Assembly (NCBI GenBank): GCA_040397545.1
Contig: JBBAVV010000010.1
Span: forward strand, 14,797 to 78,796
Length of the DNA: 64,000 nucleotides
Direction: 5' to 3'
Origin: Pirellulales bacterium
GTDB lineage: Bacteria > Planctomycetota > Planctomycetia > Pirellulales > UBA1268
Shown here one piece after another: positions 32,536-44,667 of this stretch (position 1 is the stretch's first letter; each line of letters begins with the position of its first letter). The translations under genes were made by a program, and so were the position numbers. The notes under the pieces are model-generated. The model saw only the letters and a program-made list of their open reading frames with translations, did no database searches and was not told the origin of the DNA.

Positions 32536-35502
32536 ATGGTTCGCCTCTTCCTGACCCTTCTAACCGCTGTCGCGGCCTCCACGACGGCCCGTGCCGACGG
32601 GGATCGCCACGCCGCTGCCCGGGCCCTCCTCGTGGCCCGCTGTGTCGAATGCCACGGCGAGGACGAGCAGGAAGGGGGCTTGAGGCTCGATTCGCGCGGG
32701 GGGGTCCTCCGTGGGGGCGAATACGGCCCCATTGCCATTGCCGGAAACGGCACCGAGGGGGAACTCCTCGACCGGATCCGCACCGCCGACGCCGATGAAC
32801 GGATGCCCCCGACAGGGACTCCACTCACGGCCGACGAGGTCGCGAGCCTTTCCGCCTGGCTGGCCGACGGCCTCCCCTGGCCCGGTGCCGAGGGGAACGC
32901 CGACCGCGACCCGCGCCTCGACCACTGGGCCTGGCAGCCGATCCGCCACCCCGATCCCCCGGCGCCGGTGGAAGCTTTTCAATCGCTTCCGGGCGTCGAA
33001 CCCGACCGCAACCCGATCGACGCCTTCGTGCGGGCCACGCTCGCCGCCGAAGGGATGCGTCCCACGGCCGTGGCCGACCGACGGACACTCATCCGCCGCC
33101 TCTCCTTCGATCTCCTCGGCCTCCCGCCGACACCGGAAGAGATCGATGCCTTCGTCGCCGACGCTGACCCGGCCGCCTACGAAAACCTCGTCGAGCAGAT
33201 GCTCGCCTCGCCCCGCTACGGCGAGCGCTGGGCCCGGCACTGGCTCGATGTCGTCCACTACGGCGACACGCACGGCTACGACAAGGACAAGCAACGCCCC
33301 AATGCCTGGCCCTACCGCGACTGGGTGATCGGCGCCTTCAACGCCGATCTCCCCTGGTCCCGGTTCGTGGCCGATCAGATTGCCGGCGATGTTCTTCGCC
33401 CCGATGATTCAGGCGCTCTCGAGGCGACCGGCATGCTCGCCGCCGGCCCGTGGGACTTCATCGGCCATGTCGAAGTGCCAGAGACGAAGACCGACGGCAA
33501 GATCGCCCGCCATCTCGACCGCGACGACATGGTCGCCAACACAATCGGCACCTTCGCGAGCGTCACGATCCAGTGCGCCCAGTGCCACGCGCACAAGTTC
33601 GATCCCGTCTCCCAGGAGGATTACTACGCCCTCCAGGCCGTGTTCGCCGCCCTCGATCGCACCGAGCGGACCTACTCCCCCGACCCCGCCGTGATGCGGG
33701 CCCATGCCACCCTCGATGCCCGCCGCACCGATCTCGACGGCCGAAAGAAAGCCCTCGAGGCCAGGCTTGCCGAAGCCGCCGGCCCCCGCCTCGCTGAGAT
33801 CGACAAGACCCTCGCCGCCCCCGGCGGGGGCAACGCCACGCCCGCTTTTGGCTGGCATTCGGAAATTGTCGCCGCGAGCAGTCCGACGGCGGCAGACACC
33901 GAAAAATGGGTGCAGGTCGATCTCGGCCGCGAGATCGCGATCACACGCGTCGTTCTCCATCCCTGCCACGACGATTTCAACGGTATCGGGGCTGGGTTCG
34001 GATTCCCCCGTCGGTTTCGGATCGAGGGTTCGAACGATCCCACGTTCACAAGCGCCGTCGTTCGCCTCGCCGACTCCGGCGCCGACGATCTCCCCAATCC
34101 AGGCACGACGTCGCAAGTGTTCGCCGTTGATCCCGCGGCAGCCGGGGCCGTTCGTCACGTCCGCGTCACCGCCACGCGACTTGCCCCGCGGCAGAACGAC
34201 TTCATTGCCGCGATCGCCGAGCTCGACATTCTCGATGCCGACGGCACAAACGTTGCCCGCGGCGCCGCCGTCTCCTCCCTCGATTCGATCGAGGCTCCAC
34301 CGCGCTGGCAGCGGGCGAATCTCGTCGACGGCGCCTTTCCGGCCCCGGGCGCTGACGCGCCTGCCCTCCGTCGCGAACGGGATGAATTGCTCGCGAACGT
34401 GCCGGCCGAGGTGACCGACGGGCTCCGGGCGATCGAGGAGGACCATGCGACCCTCAATCGCGAGCGTGAGGCCCTGCCGGCGCTGCGGCCGCTCTACACC
34501 GTGACAGCGACGCAGCGTGGCGGCGTGCCCCGCCCGATCCATCTCCTTGCCCGAGGCAATGTCAGTACGCCGGGCCGCGAGGTCGGCCCCGGAGCGCTTT
34601 CGGCACTCGCGATGCTCCCGGCCCGGTTCGAGCTTCCCGCCGGTGCCCCGGAAGGGGCCCGCCGCAAGGCGCTGGCCGAGTGGCTCGTCTCGCCCGAAAA
34701 CCCGCTCACCTGGCGGAGCGCCGTCAACCGCGCGTGGCTCTACCATTTCGGCGGCGGCATCGTCGACACCCCGAGTGATTTCGGCCGGATGGGCTCCCCG
34801 CCGAGCCACGCGGCCCTCCTCGACTGGCTGGCAGCCGAGTTCCGTGACCAAGGCGGCTCGCTCAAGAGCCTTCATCGCCTGATTGTCGGAAGTGCCACCT
34901 GGCGACAGCGGGCCGACGATGATCCGGGCATGGCAGCGGTCGATTCCGGCAACGCCCGGTTGTGGCGGCAAAACCGCCGGCGACTGGAAGCCGAAGCGAT
35001 CCGCGACGCAGTCCTCGCCACCGCCGGCACGCTCGACCCCACAGCAGGCGGCCCTGGCTGGCAGGACTTCCGCATCGAGCACCCGGAGCACTCCCCCCAC
35101 TACCGCTACGACCTCGCCGATCCGGCCGACCGCTCCACCTGGCGGCGGAGCATCTACCGCTTCATCGTCCGCAGCCAGACGCAGCCCTTCATGACGAGCC
35201 TCGACTGTGCCGATCCATCGATGCGGGTCGAGAAGCGCAACGAGAGCCTCTCGGCGATCCAGGCACTGGCGCTGCTCAACAACGGCTTCATGACGACGCA
35301 GGCCGTGGAGTTTGCCGCACGCGTGACCCGCGAGGCGGGGGACGATCCCGGCGCCCAGGTCGACCGGGCCTTCCGTCTCGCCTTCGGCCGGGCGCCGACC
35401 GATGAGGAACGGGCGGTCCTTGTCGAGTTGCTCCGCTCCCACGGCCTTCCCGCCGTCTGTCGGACGGTGGTCAACCTCAACGAGTTCACGTTTATCGATT
35501 GA
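32536..35502 (+). CDS. Planctomycete cytochrome c / DUF1549 / F5/8 type C (discoidin-like) / DUF1553 protein
   Basis: Signal peptide, [42 protein letters not shown], discoidin-like WVQVDLG..FPRRFRIEGS..RHVRVTAT, PSHAALLDWLA. Confidence 0.9.
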   Translation: MVRLFLTLLTAVAASTTARADGDRHAAARALLVARCVECHGEDEQEGGLRLDSRGGVLRGGEYGPIAIAGNGTEGELLDRIRTADADERMPPTGTPLTADEVASLSAWLADGLPWPGAEGNADRDPRLDHWAWQPIRHPDPPAPVEAFQSLPGVEPDRNPIDAFVRATLAAEGMRPTAVADRRTLIRRLSFDLLGLPPTPEEIDAFVADADPAAYENLVEQMLASPRYGERWARHWLDVVHYGDTHGYDKDKQRPNAWPYRDWVIGAFNADLPWSRFVADQIAGDVLRPDDSGALEATGMLAAGPWDFIGHVEVPETKTDGKIARHLDRDDMVANTIGTFASVTIQCAQCHAHKFDPVSQEDYYALQAVFAALDRTERTYSPDPAVMRAHATLDARRTDLDGRKKALEARLAEAAGPRLAEIDKTLAAPGGGNATPAFGWHSEIVAASSPTAADTEKWVQVDLGREIAITRVVLHPCHDDFNGIGAGFGFPRRFRIEGSNDPTFTSAVVRLADSGADDLPNPGTTSQVFAVDPAAAGAVRHVRVTATRLAPRQNDFIAAIAELDILDADGTNVARGAAVSSLDSIEAPPRWQRANLVDGAFPAPGADAPALRRERDELLANVPAEVTDGLRAIEEDHATLNREREALPALRPLYTVTATQRGGVPRPIHLLARGNVSTPGREVGPGALSALAMLPARFELPAGAPEGARRKALAEWLVSPENPLTWRSAVNRAWLYHFGGGIVDTPSDFGRMGSPPSHAALLDWLAAEFRDQGGSLKSLHRLIVGSATWRQRADDDPGMAAVDSGNARLWRQNRRRLEAEAIRDAVLATAGTLDPTAGGPGWQDFRIEHPEHSPHYRYDLADPADRSTWRRSIYRFIVRSQTQPFMTSLDCADPSMRVEKRNESLSAIQALALLNNGFMTTQAVEFAARVTREAGDDPGAQVDRAFRLAFGRAPTDEERAVLVELLRSHGLPAVCRTVVNLNEFTFID

Positions 35503-35549
35503 TTCGATGACTCGGCGGCCCGTTCCACGGCCGCCCCCCCGGAGGCCCC

Positions 35550-37049
<1,500 letters not shown>

Positions 37050-37073
37050 AGCGTGGCGAGAGTCGAGCCGGGC

Positions 37074-37835
37074 TCACTTCGCCGGCGTCGATTCGCTCCG
37101 GCCCTGGCCACGCGACTGGGCGAAGAGCCAATCCCACAAGGCCGGATCGGCGTAGGTGTCCGTCCAGGAATCGTGCCCCGCCTCTGGGTAAACGGTGAAC
37201 TTCGGCTCGCCCCCCTTCGCTCTGATCGCGTCGACGATCGCCTGCGACGAGGCGAGCGGGACGACGAAGTCCTTCGCGCCATGGAACACCCAGGTGGGGA
37301 TGCCGAGGAGCTTGTCGGCCTGGGATGGATTTGCACCGCCGCAGATCGGCACGATCGCAGCGAAGCGATCGGGCTTCGCCGCCGCCAGCGCCCAGGTGCC
37401 GAAGCCCCCCATCGACAGCCCGGTCAGCCAGATCCGATCCTCGTCGATCCGGTAGTCCCGGCAGACCTCGTCGACGAGCGCTGCGAGCACGTCGGGATTC
37501 CAGCCACGGCCCGGGCTCTGCGGCGAGACGACGATGCAGGGGAAGGCCCGATCGCCGGCGGCGATCAACTTCGGCGGCCCATGAGCCTTGACCTTCCCGA
37601 GATCATCCCCCGACTCACCCGCTCCATGGAGGAAGACCAGAAGCGGCCAGCGATCCGTACCGGTCTCGTAGCCGGCGGGCAGCGCGAGGAGATACTTGAG
37701 CCGCGCGGTGACCGTGATCTCCCGCTCAAAAACTTTTTCTTCCTGCACCGTTCCCGCTGTTGGGGGCTCGGCGCCACTGCTCATCCGGGGCCCAGCGGCC
37801 ATCACCGCGAGGAGAAGCACAGCCACACGCCACAT
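37074..37835 (-). CDS. Secreted alpha/beta hydrolase (predicted peptidase/carboxylesterase)
   Basis: Signal peptide, PLLVFLHGAGE, TGLSMGGFG, FHGAKD, GHDSW. Confidence 0.88.
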   Translation of the reverse strand: MWRVAVLLLAVMAAGPRMSSGAEPPTAGTVQEEKVFEREITVTARLKYLLALPAGYETGTDRWPLLVFLHGAGESGDDLGKVKAHGPPKLIAAGDRAFPCIVVSPQSPGRGWNPDVLAALVDEVCRDYRIDEDRIWLTGLSMGGFGTWALAAAKPDRFAAIVPICGGANPSQADKLLGIPTWVFHGAKDFVVPLASSQAIVDAIRAKGGEPKFTVYPEAGHDSWTDTYADPALWDWLFAQSRGQGRSESTPAK

Positions 37836-37904
37836 CGATGAGCCCCTGACTGAAGGAACTGGGGGGAAATCGAGGAAACTGATGAACGAATCGCTCGTGA
37901 ATCG

Positions 37905-40121
37905 CTACTGGATCGCGGGGGCCGAACTCGGGGCATCAGCCGCTTGATTCGTCGCCACAGGAACAATCTTGGCGAGGCTGTCGATGCCGCCGGTGAGGGC
38001 CGCGAGGTAATCGACGACGACGCTCATTGCCTCCTCGAAGTAGTAGTCGCGCTTGACGATCGGCCGCTGCGGATCAGCCTGCTCCTCGAGTTTCTTCTCC
38101 TCGTCGTCAGCGGCCTTTCCCTCGTTCCACTGCTTGGCGAAATCATCCTCGCGGAGTGAGACGGTCTTTTCGCTCTTGCGCCGCTTGTACTGCTCGATGT
38201 CGCGGGCAACCTTGTCGAAGTCGCCACTGGCCGCCACACGCTGCCCGGAACGCTCGCGGAGCGTGGAGAGAAAGGCCGGCGGCACGCGTCCACTCGGCTG
38301 GAAGTTCGCCGGGGGCACCTTGTCGAACTCGATCGCGTGATCGAGATCCCCCTCGCCCACCGGAAGGTGGGTCGTGATACTCGGCAGCTCGACGTCGCTC
38401 TTCACCCCCTCGAGCTGCGTGGAGAGCCCGCCGGGGCGATAGAACTGCTGCATCGTGATCTTGATCGCTCCCAGCGAGGGGGCGTTGGGGAGGCGCTGGA
38501 AGAGTTGCCTCCCCAGGTCGATGAGGCTCTGCACCGTTCCCTTGCCGTGCGTCGCGTTGTCGCCGATGACGAGCCCGCGGCCGTAGTCCTGGATCGCCCC
38601 GGCGACGATCTCGCTGGCACTGGCGCTGAACTTGTTGGTCAGAACGACGAGGGGGCCGTCCCAGGAGACACCGGCATCGACATCGTCATATTGCTGAACC
38701 CGCTTTTCGGCATCCTTGACCTGCACGACCGGCCCCTTGTCGATGAACAGGCCCGTCAACGAGATCGCCTCGGGGAGCGAGCCGCCGCCGTTGTTGCGCA
38801 GATCGAGGCAGATGCAGTCGACCCCCTTCGTGCGGAAGTCGTCGATCAGCTTCTTCGTGTCGCGGGTGCTGCTCTTGTAGTCGGCCTGCCCCTGCCGGGC
38901 CCCGGCCATATCCATATAGAAGCTCGGCAAATTGATGTAGCCGATCCGCCACGGCGTGCCGTCGGGCTTGCGGCCGGTCTCGATGAGCTCGCCGCGGGCT
39001 TCGCTGTCCTTGAGCTCGATCTTCGCGCGGGTGATGTCGTAGTCCTTCGGCGCCGTCTGGCCAACGGGAATGACTTTCAGGCGGACGATCGTCCCCCGCT
39101 TACCGCGGATGAGCTTCACGACCTCGTTGAGATTCATGTCGACAACATCGACGATGTCCCCTTCGGTCCCCTGCCCCACGCCGATGACGCGGTCTTTCTT
39201 GGTGAGCCGGCCGTCACGGTCGGCGGCGCCGCCGGGGACGATCTCCGCTACGGTGGTGTAGCCATCCTCACTCTTGAGCGAGGCCCCGATGCCGTCGAGC
39301 TGGAGCCGCATCCCGATCTCGAAGTTCTCGAGGGTGCCGGGGGACATGAAGCTCGTGTGCGGGTCGAGCGAGCTGGTCAGACTCGTGAGATACGACTCGA
39401 GGAGCTCGTCGGCGGTCATCTGGTGCATCCGCTTGGCGAAGCTGCGGTAGCGCCGCGAAAGCTTGTCTTTGGCCTCTTCGGGGGGCGTCTTCTCCATCTT
39501 CTGGATCAGCAGGTCGTATTTGATCCGCTTCCGCCAGTTGTCGACCGCCTCCGCCTCGTTCTGGGCCCACTTCGTCTCGTCGCGGTCGACGATCATCGAT
39601 TCATCCTGGGTGAAATCAAGCGGCTCGGAGAGGAACTTCTCGACCAGCGGCACACGCGAGTCGACCCGCTCGAGAAACCGCTTGGAGACCTCGTAGGCGA
39701 AGGAGACATCCCCCCGCTTGACGAGATCGTCGAGCATCTCCCGCTTCTGGACAAAGCCGTCGACGTCGCTCTGCAGAAAATAGATCTTCATCGGGTCGAG
39801 GGACTCGAGAAAGATCCCGAACCAGCGCCGCGCGATCTCGTCGTCGATTGGATGGTGGGTGAAGTGCTCGCGCTCGATGTAGCTCTTCACCGCCAGGGTG
39901 ATCTGACGGTCGTTCGGTCCGGGCTTGGTGGCCGCTGCGGGCGCTGGCGCCGGATCCTGGGCAGGGAGCCGCCCGAGGGGGAGCAGCGCCACCACGACAA
40001 GCAGCCACCGGCCGAGCCTCTCCAGGAAAGCCGCTCCCCCGAGGCGAGCCGCTGCCGTTCGTCCGTTCAGCCGACCTTGGGACGCATCGATGACCGTCGT
40101 GTCCACGCCTGACTCCTTCAC
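37905..40121 (-). CDS. prc: Carboxy-terminal processing (tail-specific) peptidase, S41 family with PDZ domain
   Basis: LDPHTSF, PDZ GIGASL, DLRNNGGGSL, SASASEIVAGAIQDY, THGKGTVQ, FYRPGG.STQ. Confidence 0.92.
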   Translation of the reverse strand: MKESGVDTTVIDASQGRLNGRTAAARLGGAAFLERLGRWLLVVVALLPLGRLPAQDPAPAPAAATKPGPNDRQITLAVKSYIEREHFTHHPIDDEIARRWFGIFLESLDPMKIYFLQSDVDGFVQKREMLDDLVKRGDVSFAYEVSKRFLERVDSRVPLVEKFLSEPLDFTQDESMIVDRDETKWAQNEAEAVDNWRKRIKYDLLIQKMEKTPPEEAKDKLSRRYRSFAKRMHQMTADELLESYLTSLTSSLDPHTSFMSPGTLENFEIGMRLQLDGIGASLKSEDGYTTVAEIVPGGAADRDGRLTKKDRVIGVGQGTEGDIVDVVDMNLNEVVKLIRGKRGTIVRLKVIPVGQTAPKDYDITRAKIELKDSEARGELIETGRKPDGTPWRIGYINLPSFYMDMAGARQGQADYKSSTRDTKKLIDDFRTKGVDCICLDLRNNGGGSLPEAISLTGLFIDKGPVVQVKDAEKRVQQYDDVDAGVSWDGPLVVLTNKFSASASEIVAGAIQDYGRGLVIGDNATHGKGTVQSLIDLGRQLFQRLPNAPSLGAIKITMQQFYRPGGLSTQLEGVKSDVELPSITTHLPVGEGDLDHAIEFDKVPPANFQPSGRVPPAFLSTLRERSGQRVAASGDFDKVARDIEQYKRRKSEKTVSLREDDFAKQWNEGKAADDEEKKLEEQADPQRPIVKRDYYFEEAMSVVVDYLAALTGGIDSLAKIVPVATNQAADAPSSAPAIQ

Positions 40122-40231
40122 TTCGCGTTTCCTCTGACCCGGTCACGCATTGTGACAGGTTCCTTCTTCCCTGACGAGGTAAAAATCGACCCGCTACGCC
40201 CCAGCCGGCGTGGGAATCGTCCGCGGAAAAG

Positions 40232-41122
40232 TCATCTCTCGACATTTCCCAAGGTTTCGAGCGCTCTGGCCACCACGGCCCGCGCCACGTCCGGTTCGGC
40301 CCCGAGACGGGGGACAACGACCCACTCGATCGCCGGATGGCGTGCTCGGGCCCGGTCGACCGCCTCGCGCACCTGCTCCTCGACCCGGCCGCGGAAGAGG
40401 AGATGCGGCTGGACGAGGACACGGCTCGGGACGACCCCCGGGAGCGAAGGATCGACGACGGCGTCGAGCGCCTCCTCGACCGTCGGCCGGGCAGCGGCGA
40501 CGAACCCCACGGTCACCCGCCCCGGGCCCGGGGGGATCGGCAGCGCCGCGCAGGCGGCTGGGTGGAGCCCGCGGCCGCAGGTCGCCGCTGGCTCTCCCGG
40601 ATGGCAGAGGGCCGCCGCGCCACAGGCCCGCGTCGCCTCGAGGAAGGCCAGCAGTTGCGTCGTGGCGCCGGGATCGCTTGCCCCGCGGCCGACGAACACG
40701 AGCGCCTCGAGCCCGGGATCGAGCGCCGCGAGGGTCCGGCCGACCTCGTCGCGCCGAGCCCGCGAGAGTCGGACGAGCTCGGGGTGGATCCCCAGCGCCG
40801 CTGACTGGCAGACGGGGACGCGCTCCGCGTCTGCCGCCATCGCCAGCGCCTCCGGGAGGTCGCGGCGGGCGTGACCGGCGGTGAACAGCAACAGCGGCGC
40901 TGCGACGACGCGATCGACCCCGCGTGCGCACAGTCGCCGCAGGGCCTCGGCGACGCTCGGCCCGATGACCTCGAGAAAGCCCAGTTCGACGGCCACCCCG
41001 GGGGCCGCGGCGGCGACGTGCCCGACGAGTTGCCGGGTCTCCGCCTCACCGACCCGATCAGCCGTGCCATGCCCCACGACCAACAGGCCACAGCCCTGCG
41101 GAAGAGCGGTCTCGACCATCAT
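40232..41122 (-). CDS. cbiX: Sirohydrochlorin chelatase (CbiX/SirB family)
   Basis: VVGHGT, GFLE, PLLLFTAGHARRDLP, FVGRGASD, QPHLLFRG. Confidence 0.82.
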   Translation of the reverse strand: MMVETALPQGCGLLVVGHGTADRVGEAETRQLVGHVAAAAPGVAVELGFLEVIGPSVAEALRRLCARGVDRVVAAPLLLFTAGHARRDLPEALAMAADAERVPVCQSAALGIHPELVRLSRARRDEVGRTLAALDPGLEALVFVGRGASDPGATTQLLAFLEATRACGAAALCHPGEPAATCGRGLHPAACAALPIPPGPGRVTVGFVAAARPTVEEALDAVVDPSLPGVVPSRVLVQPHLLFRGRVEEQVREAVDRARARHPAIEWVVVPRLGAEPDVARAVVARALETLGNVER

Positions 41123-41144
41123 CCCCCTCCCTGGCAAGGCTGCG

Positions 41145-42485
41145 TTACACCCCGACCGGCGCCCGGACCCCGTCGACGGTCGTCCGGCGGACGAGCGCCA
41201 GCACGCCGAGGAGCGTGACCACCGCCACGGCGTAGGGGAGCACCCGCGACGGATGGAGCGTGAACAGCACCGACCCGCAGAACGGCCCGAGGATCCGCCC
41301 CAGCGAGGCGAACGACTGGTTGACCCCGAGAACCTCCCCCTGGTTCGCCGGATCGGCATGGCGGGAGATGAGCGAGGAGACCGACGGATTGACGAACGCG
41401 AATCCCCACACCGATAGCCCGGCAGCGGCATAGAACAGGCCGCGCACCCAAGACGACGACAGCCCCTCTCCAGCGCTGCTGTGGACGATTCCCGCCACCG
41501 CGCCGACCACCGCCAGGCCGGTGGCCATCAACAGGAGCCCTACGGTCAGCAACCGTGTCTCCGACACCCGCTTCGCGAGCGGACGATAGCTGCCGCCGGC
41601 GAGCATGAGCACGAGCCCGATGCCGGCGAAGACGAGGAAGTTGTCGTCGTCGGACATCCCGAAGGCTTCCTCGGTGAGGCGGGCGAGCGTGGCCTCGAAG
41701 TTGGCAAACGAGAAGATCGAGAGGAAATAGATGAGCACGAGGGCCCCGACCGCCGGGATCGCGAGGACGCGGGCCGAACGGCTGACGCTGAAAAACTCCT
41801 TGCCGGCCCGGTTCGCCGGATCGCGGGTCTCGCGGAAGACGAAGAACGCGAACAGGAACGCCACCGCGGAGAGGGCCGAGGCGAGGGCCCCGACCGCCCA
41901 CGGCTGGTCGTTGAAGAGCCGCATTCCGAAGTAGGCGATCAGCGGTCCGAGCGTGAAGCCGGCCCCGAAGGCGATCCCGATCAAAGCCATGCCGCGGGAG
42001 CGGTTCTGCGGGGTCGTGCAGTCGGCGATCACCGCGGCGGCGGTTCCCACGCTTGCTCCGGCGATCCCGGCGCCGATCCGGGCGAGCATCATCAGGCCAA
42101 GCGCAAGGGCAGCACGCTCCGGCGGAATGGTCACGGCAAACCCGTAAAGGGCGTAGAACACGACCGACCCGGCGAGGCTGATGAGGAGCATCGGGCGGCG
42201 GCCGACGCGGTCGGACCAGCGCCCCCAGATCGGGCTGAAGATGAACTGCATCAGCGAGAACACCGAGAACAGCAGGCCGATCGTCGCCCCGGATGCCAAC
42301 GGCGAGAGGTGGAGGGCCTCGAGGTAGGGCCCCGCCTGTCGCGGCATCACCGGGAGGACGATCCCGAAGCCGAGGAGGTCGATGAACACCGTCAGGAAGA
42401 TCACGAGCAAGGCGCCGCGTGGCGGACCGCTGCGGGCCGGATCAACCTTGGCGGCTGGAGCGGAGATGTCGACGGAGTCCAACAT
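41145..42485 (-). CDS. MFS transporter (TetA/DHA1-like)
   Basis: VFIDLLGFGIVLP, motif A GRWSDRVGRRP, GFTLGP, about 12 TM helices. Confidence 0.9.
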   Translation of the reverse strand: MLDSVDISAPAAKVDPARSGPPRGALLVIFLTVFIDLLGFGIVLPVMPRQAGPYLEALHLSPLASGATIGLLFSVFSLMQFIFSPIWGRWSDRVGRRPMLLISLAGSVVFYALYGFAVTIPPERAALALGLMMLARIGAGIAGASVGTAAAVIADCTTPQNRSRGMALIGIAFGAGFTLGPLIAYFGMRLFNDQPWAVGALASALSAVAFLFAFFVFRETRDPANRAGKEFFSVSRSARVLAIPAVGALVLIYFLSIFSFANFEATLARLTEEAFGMSDDDNFLVFAGIGLVLMLAGGSYRPLAKRVSETRLLTVGLLLMATGLAVVGAVAGIVHSSAGEGLSSSWVRGLFYAAAGLSVWGFAFVNPSVSSLISRHADPANQGEVLGVNQSFASLGRILGPFCGSVLFTLHPSRVLPYAVAVVTLLGVLALVRRTTVDGVRAPVGV

Positions 42486-42594
42486 TTGGATTCCCGGAGT
42501 GGTGGGAGACGAGGTCTTGACTGGATGGCTGGGCAGACCGTGGATCGGACGAGGTCATGGATGACTTCTTCCACGGACAGCTAGACTTCCGGCC

Positions 42595-43923
42595 ATGGAC
42601 CCCCTTCAAGGTATCGAGCGTCGCAGCGGACCGCCACCGGACGTGCCGAGCGTCGGCGAGGTGACGGTCCGCATCAAGGAATGCGTCGAGGGGCGGTTTG
42701 CCGACGTGTGGGTGGCGGGCGAGGTCACGAACGTCGTCCGCGCCGCCTCGGGCCATGTCTATCTCGCGATCAAAGATGCCGCTGCCATCCTCCGCGGGAT
42801 CGTCTGGCGGGGGGCCCTCCCCCTCCTGGCGATCGAACCGGAGGACGGCCTCGAGGTCATCTGCCATGGGCGCGTCGAGGTCTACCCGCCGCGGGGCACG
42901 TATCAGCTTTCGATCGATCGGATGCATGCCGTCGGCACCGGGGCGCTCGAGGCGAAGCTCCGCCGGCTCCAGGCGACGCTTGAAGCGGAGGGCTTGTTCG
43001 CCCCGCAGCGCAAGCGGCCGCTCCCCCCTTTTCCGCGCCGGATCGCCGTCGTCACCAGCCCCGCCGGCGCCGCGCTCCACGACTTCCTCCAGACGCTCCG
43101 CGGCCGCTGGCCGGCGGCGGAGGTGATCGTCGTGCCGTCGCGCGTTCAGGGGGCCGGCGCCGCGGCAGAGGTGGCCGCGGCGGTCGCCCGTGCGGGCCGC
43201 CTCGCGCCGCCCGTCGACGTCATCGCGCTGGTTCGCGGCGGCGGCAGCCTCGAGGATCTGTGGGCCTTCAACGAGGAGCCGCTCGTGCGGGCCGTGGCCA
43301 TGAGCCCGATCCCGATCGTCGCCGGCGTGGGGCACGAGATCGACGTCACGCTCGCCGACCTCGCCGCCGACGTCCGGGCGCTGACGCCAACCGATGCGGC
43401 GGTGCGGATCTCCCCCGACCGGCACCAGCTCCTCGCCACCGTCAGCACGCTCGATCAACGGCTCCACGCCGGACTGCTCCGCCGCGCGGCCACGGCCCGC
43501 GAATGGCTCGAGCGCCTCGCCGGTGCGCGGATGCTCGTCGACCCCTCCTGGATCCTCCGCGACCGCCGGACGATCGTCGACACCCACGATGCCCGCCTGA
43601 AGCGACTGGTGGCCGGAGGCATCGAGCGGGCGCGGGAGCGGTTGGCGGCGGCGGCGGGACGGCTCGACGCCGTCAGCCCACTGGCGATCCTCGCGCGTGG
43701 TTACTCGGTTACGTGGAGCGAAGCCGACGGGGTGCGGGCGGCGCGGCCGCTGATCTCGGGAGAGGGCCTCGTGGCTGGTGCTCGGCTCGTCACCCAACTT
43801 GCCACCGGCCGAATCCACAGCCGCGTGGAGCGGGTCGATCCGCCGGAACGGGAACCGGTGGGGACGGTTGCGGGGGATGTGCGGGGGGATCGGCAACGGG
43901 GAGAACGCGACGATGAGCCGTGA
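42595..43923 (+). CDS. xseA: Exodeoxyribonuclease VII large subunit
   Basis: VWVAGEV..SGHVY, IAVVTSPAGAA, RGGGSLEDLWAFNEE, GVGHEID, LTPTDAA, SPLAILARGYS. Confidence 0.96.
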   Translation: MDPLQGIERRSGPPPDVPSVGEVTVRIKECVEGRFADVWVAGEVTNVVRAASGHVYLAIKDAAAILRGIVWRGALPLLAIEPEDGLEVICHGRVEVYPPRGTYQLSIDRMHAVGTGALEAKLRRLQATLEAEGLFAPQRKRPLPPFPRRIAVVTSPAGAALHDFLQTLRGRWPAAEVIVVPSRVQGAGAAAEVAAAVARAGRLAPPVDVIALVRGGGSLEDLWAFNEEPLVRAVAMSPIPIVAGVGHEIDVTLADLAADVRALTPTDAAVRISPDRHQLLATVSTLDQRLHAGLLRRAATAREWLERLAGARMLVDPSWILRDRRTIVDTHDARLKRLVAGGIERARERLAAAAGRLDAVSPLAILARGYSVTWSEADGVRAARPLISGEGLVAGARLVTQLATGRIHSRVERVDPPEREPVGTVAGDVRGDRQRGERDDEP

Positions 43924-44362
43924 TGAATGGGAGGCCACCAAGGTGTCCGATCGGAGAAGTGGATCGACGACGGCGGCAGAGTCCCCACAACCGGTATCGT
44001 TTGAAGAGGGGCTCTCCCGTCTGGCGGACCTCGTCGGGGGTCTCGAAGGGGGGCGACTCGGCCTCGCTGAATCGATCGCTGCGTACGAGCAGGGAGTATC
44101 GCTCGTTCGACGCCTGCACGCGGAGTTGGCCAATGTCGAACAACGGGTGAAGACCCTCACCGCTGCGGCCGAAAAGGCCGCGGCGGAGGACGGGGACGAC
44201 GAAGGCCCCGGCCCGGACGCCCCGTCCGGTTCGGCACCGCAGGCCCCGACCGCCGGGCCGCGGAAGGGCCCTGCCAAACGGTCGACAGACCGGCAGCCGC
44301 GGGGCGCCGGTGGCCGTCCGCGGAGGCTTCCGGGGATGGACGATAGTTCCGCGGAAGTCTAG
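43913..44362 (+). CDS. xseB: Exodeoxyribonuclease VII small subunit (extended termini)
   Basis: SFEEGLSRL..LEGG.LGLAESIAAYEQG..L..VEQRV. Overlaps the end of xseA. Confidence 0.88.
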   Translation: MSRDEWEATKVSDRRSGSTTAAESPQPVSFEEGLSRLADLVGGLEGGRLGLAESIAAYEQGVSLVRRLHAELANVEQRVKTLTAAAEKAAAEDGDDEGPGPDAPSGSAPQAPTAGPRKGPAKRSTDRQPRGAGGRPRRLPGMDDSSAEV

Positions 44363-44440
44363 ACTTCATGGGCTTTTCCGGAGTCCGGCCGGGGGGGCGA
44401 GAAGGCGGAATCGTCGGTCGTTCGTCCAGTCGATGGCGTC

Positions 44441-44482
44441 GACCAACGGGCCACGAGCCTGGACCTACGGGCCACGAGCCTG
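44441..44482 (+). repeat. Tandem 21-bp direct repeat (2 copies)
   Basis: GACCAACGGGCCACGAGCCTG followed by GACCTACGGGCCACGAGCCTG (one mismatch). Confidence 0.8.
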
Positions 44483-44667
44483 GGTTTCAGGGTCGCGTCC
44501 CCGGCGGTGATTCCGGCTTCGGGACCGAAAGGATGCTCCCATGAGGATCCGGTGGTCCGTGGGGTGATGGCGGCGGACCGATCAGGACCTCTCCCGATCG
44601 GAAGCTCCGCCGTCCGTCGATCGAATCCCCATGCACGTCCCCGGTAGTTAGGGCAGGCCCGCCAAGC

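Noticed and set aside
40232-41122. Cobalamin biosynthesis cluster
   Set aside because: Only a lone CbiX/SirB chelatase is present, with no other cob/cbi genes or B12 riboswitch. A siroheme role is equally plausible.
44515-44542. SRP RNA-like motif CGGGACCGAAAGGATGCT
   Set aside because: The conserved SRP internal-loop bases (CAGG and AGCA) are altered and no enclosing helix is evident. Kept only as part of the structured-gap finding.
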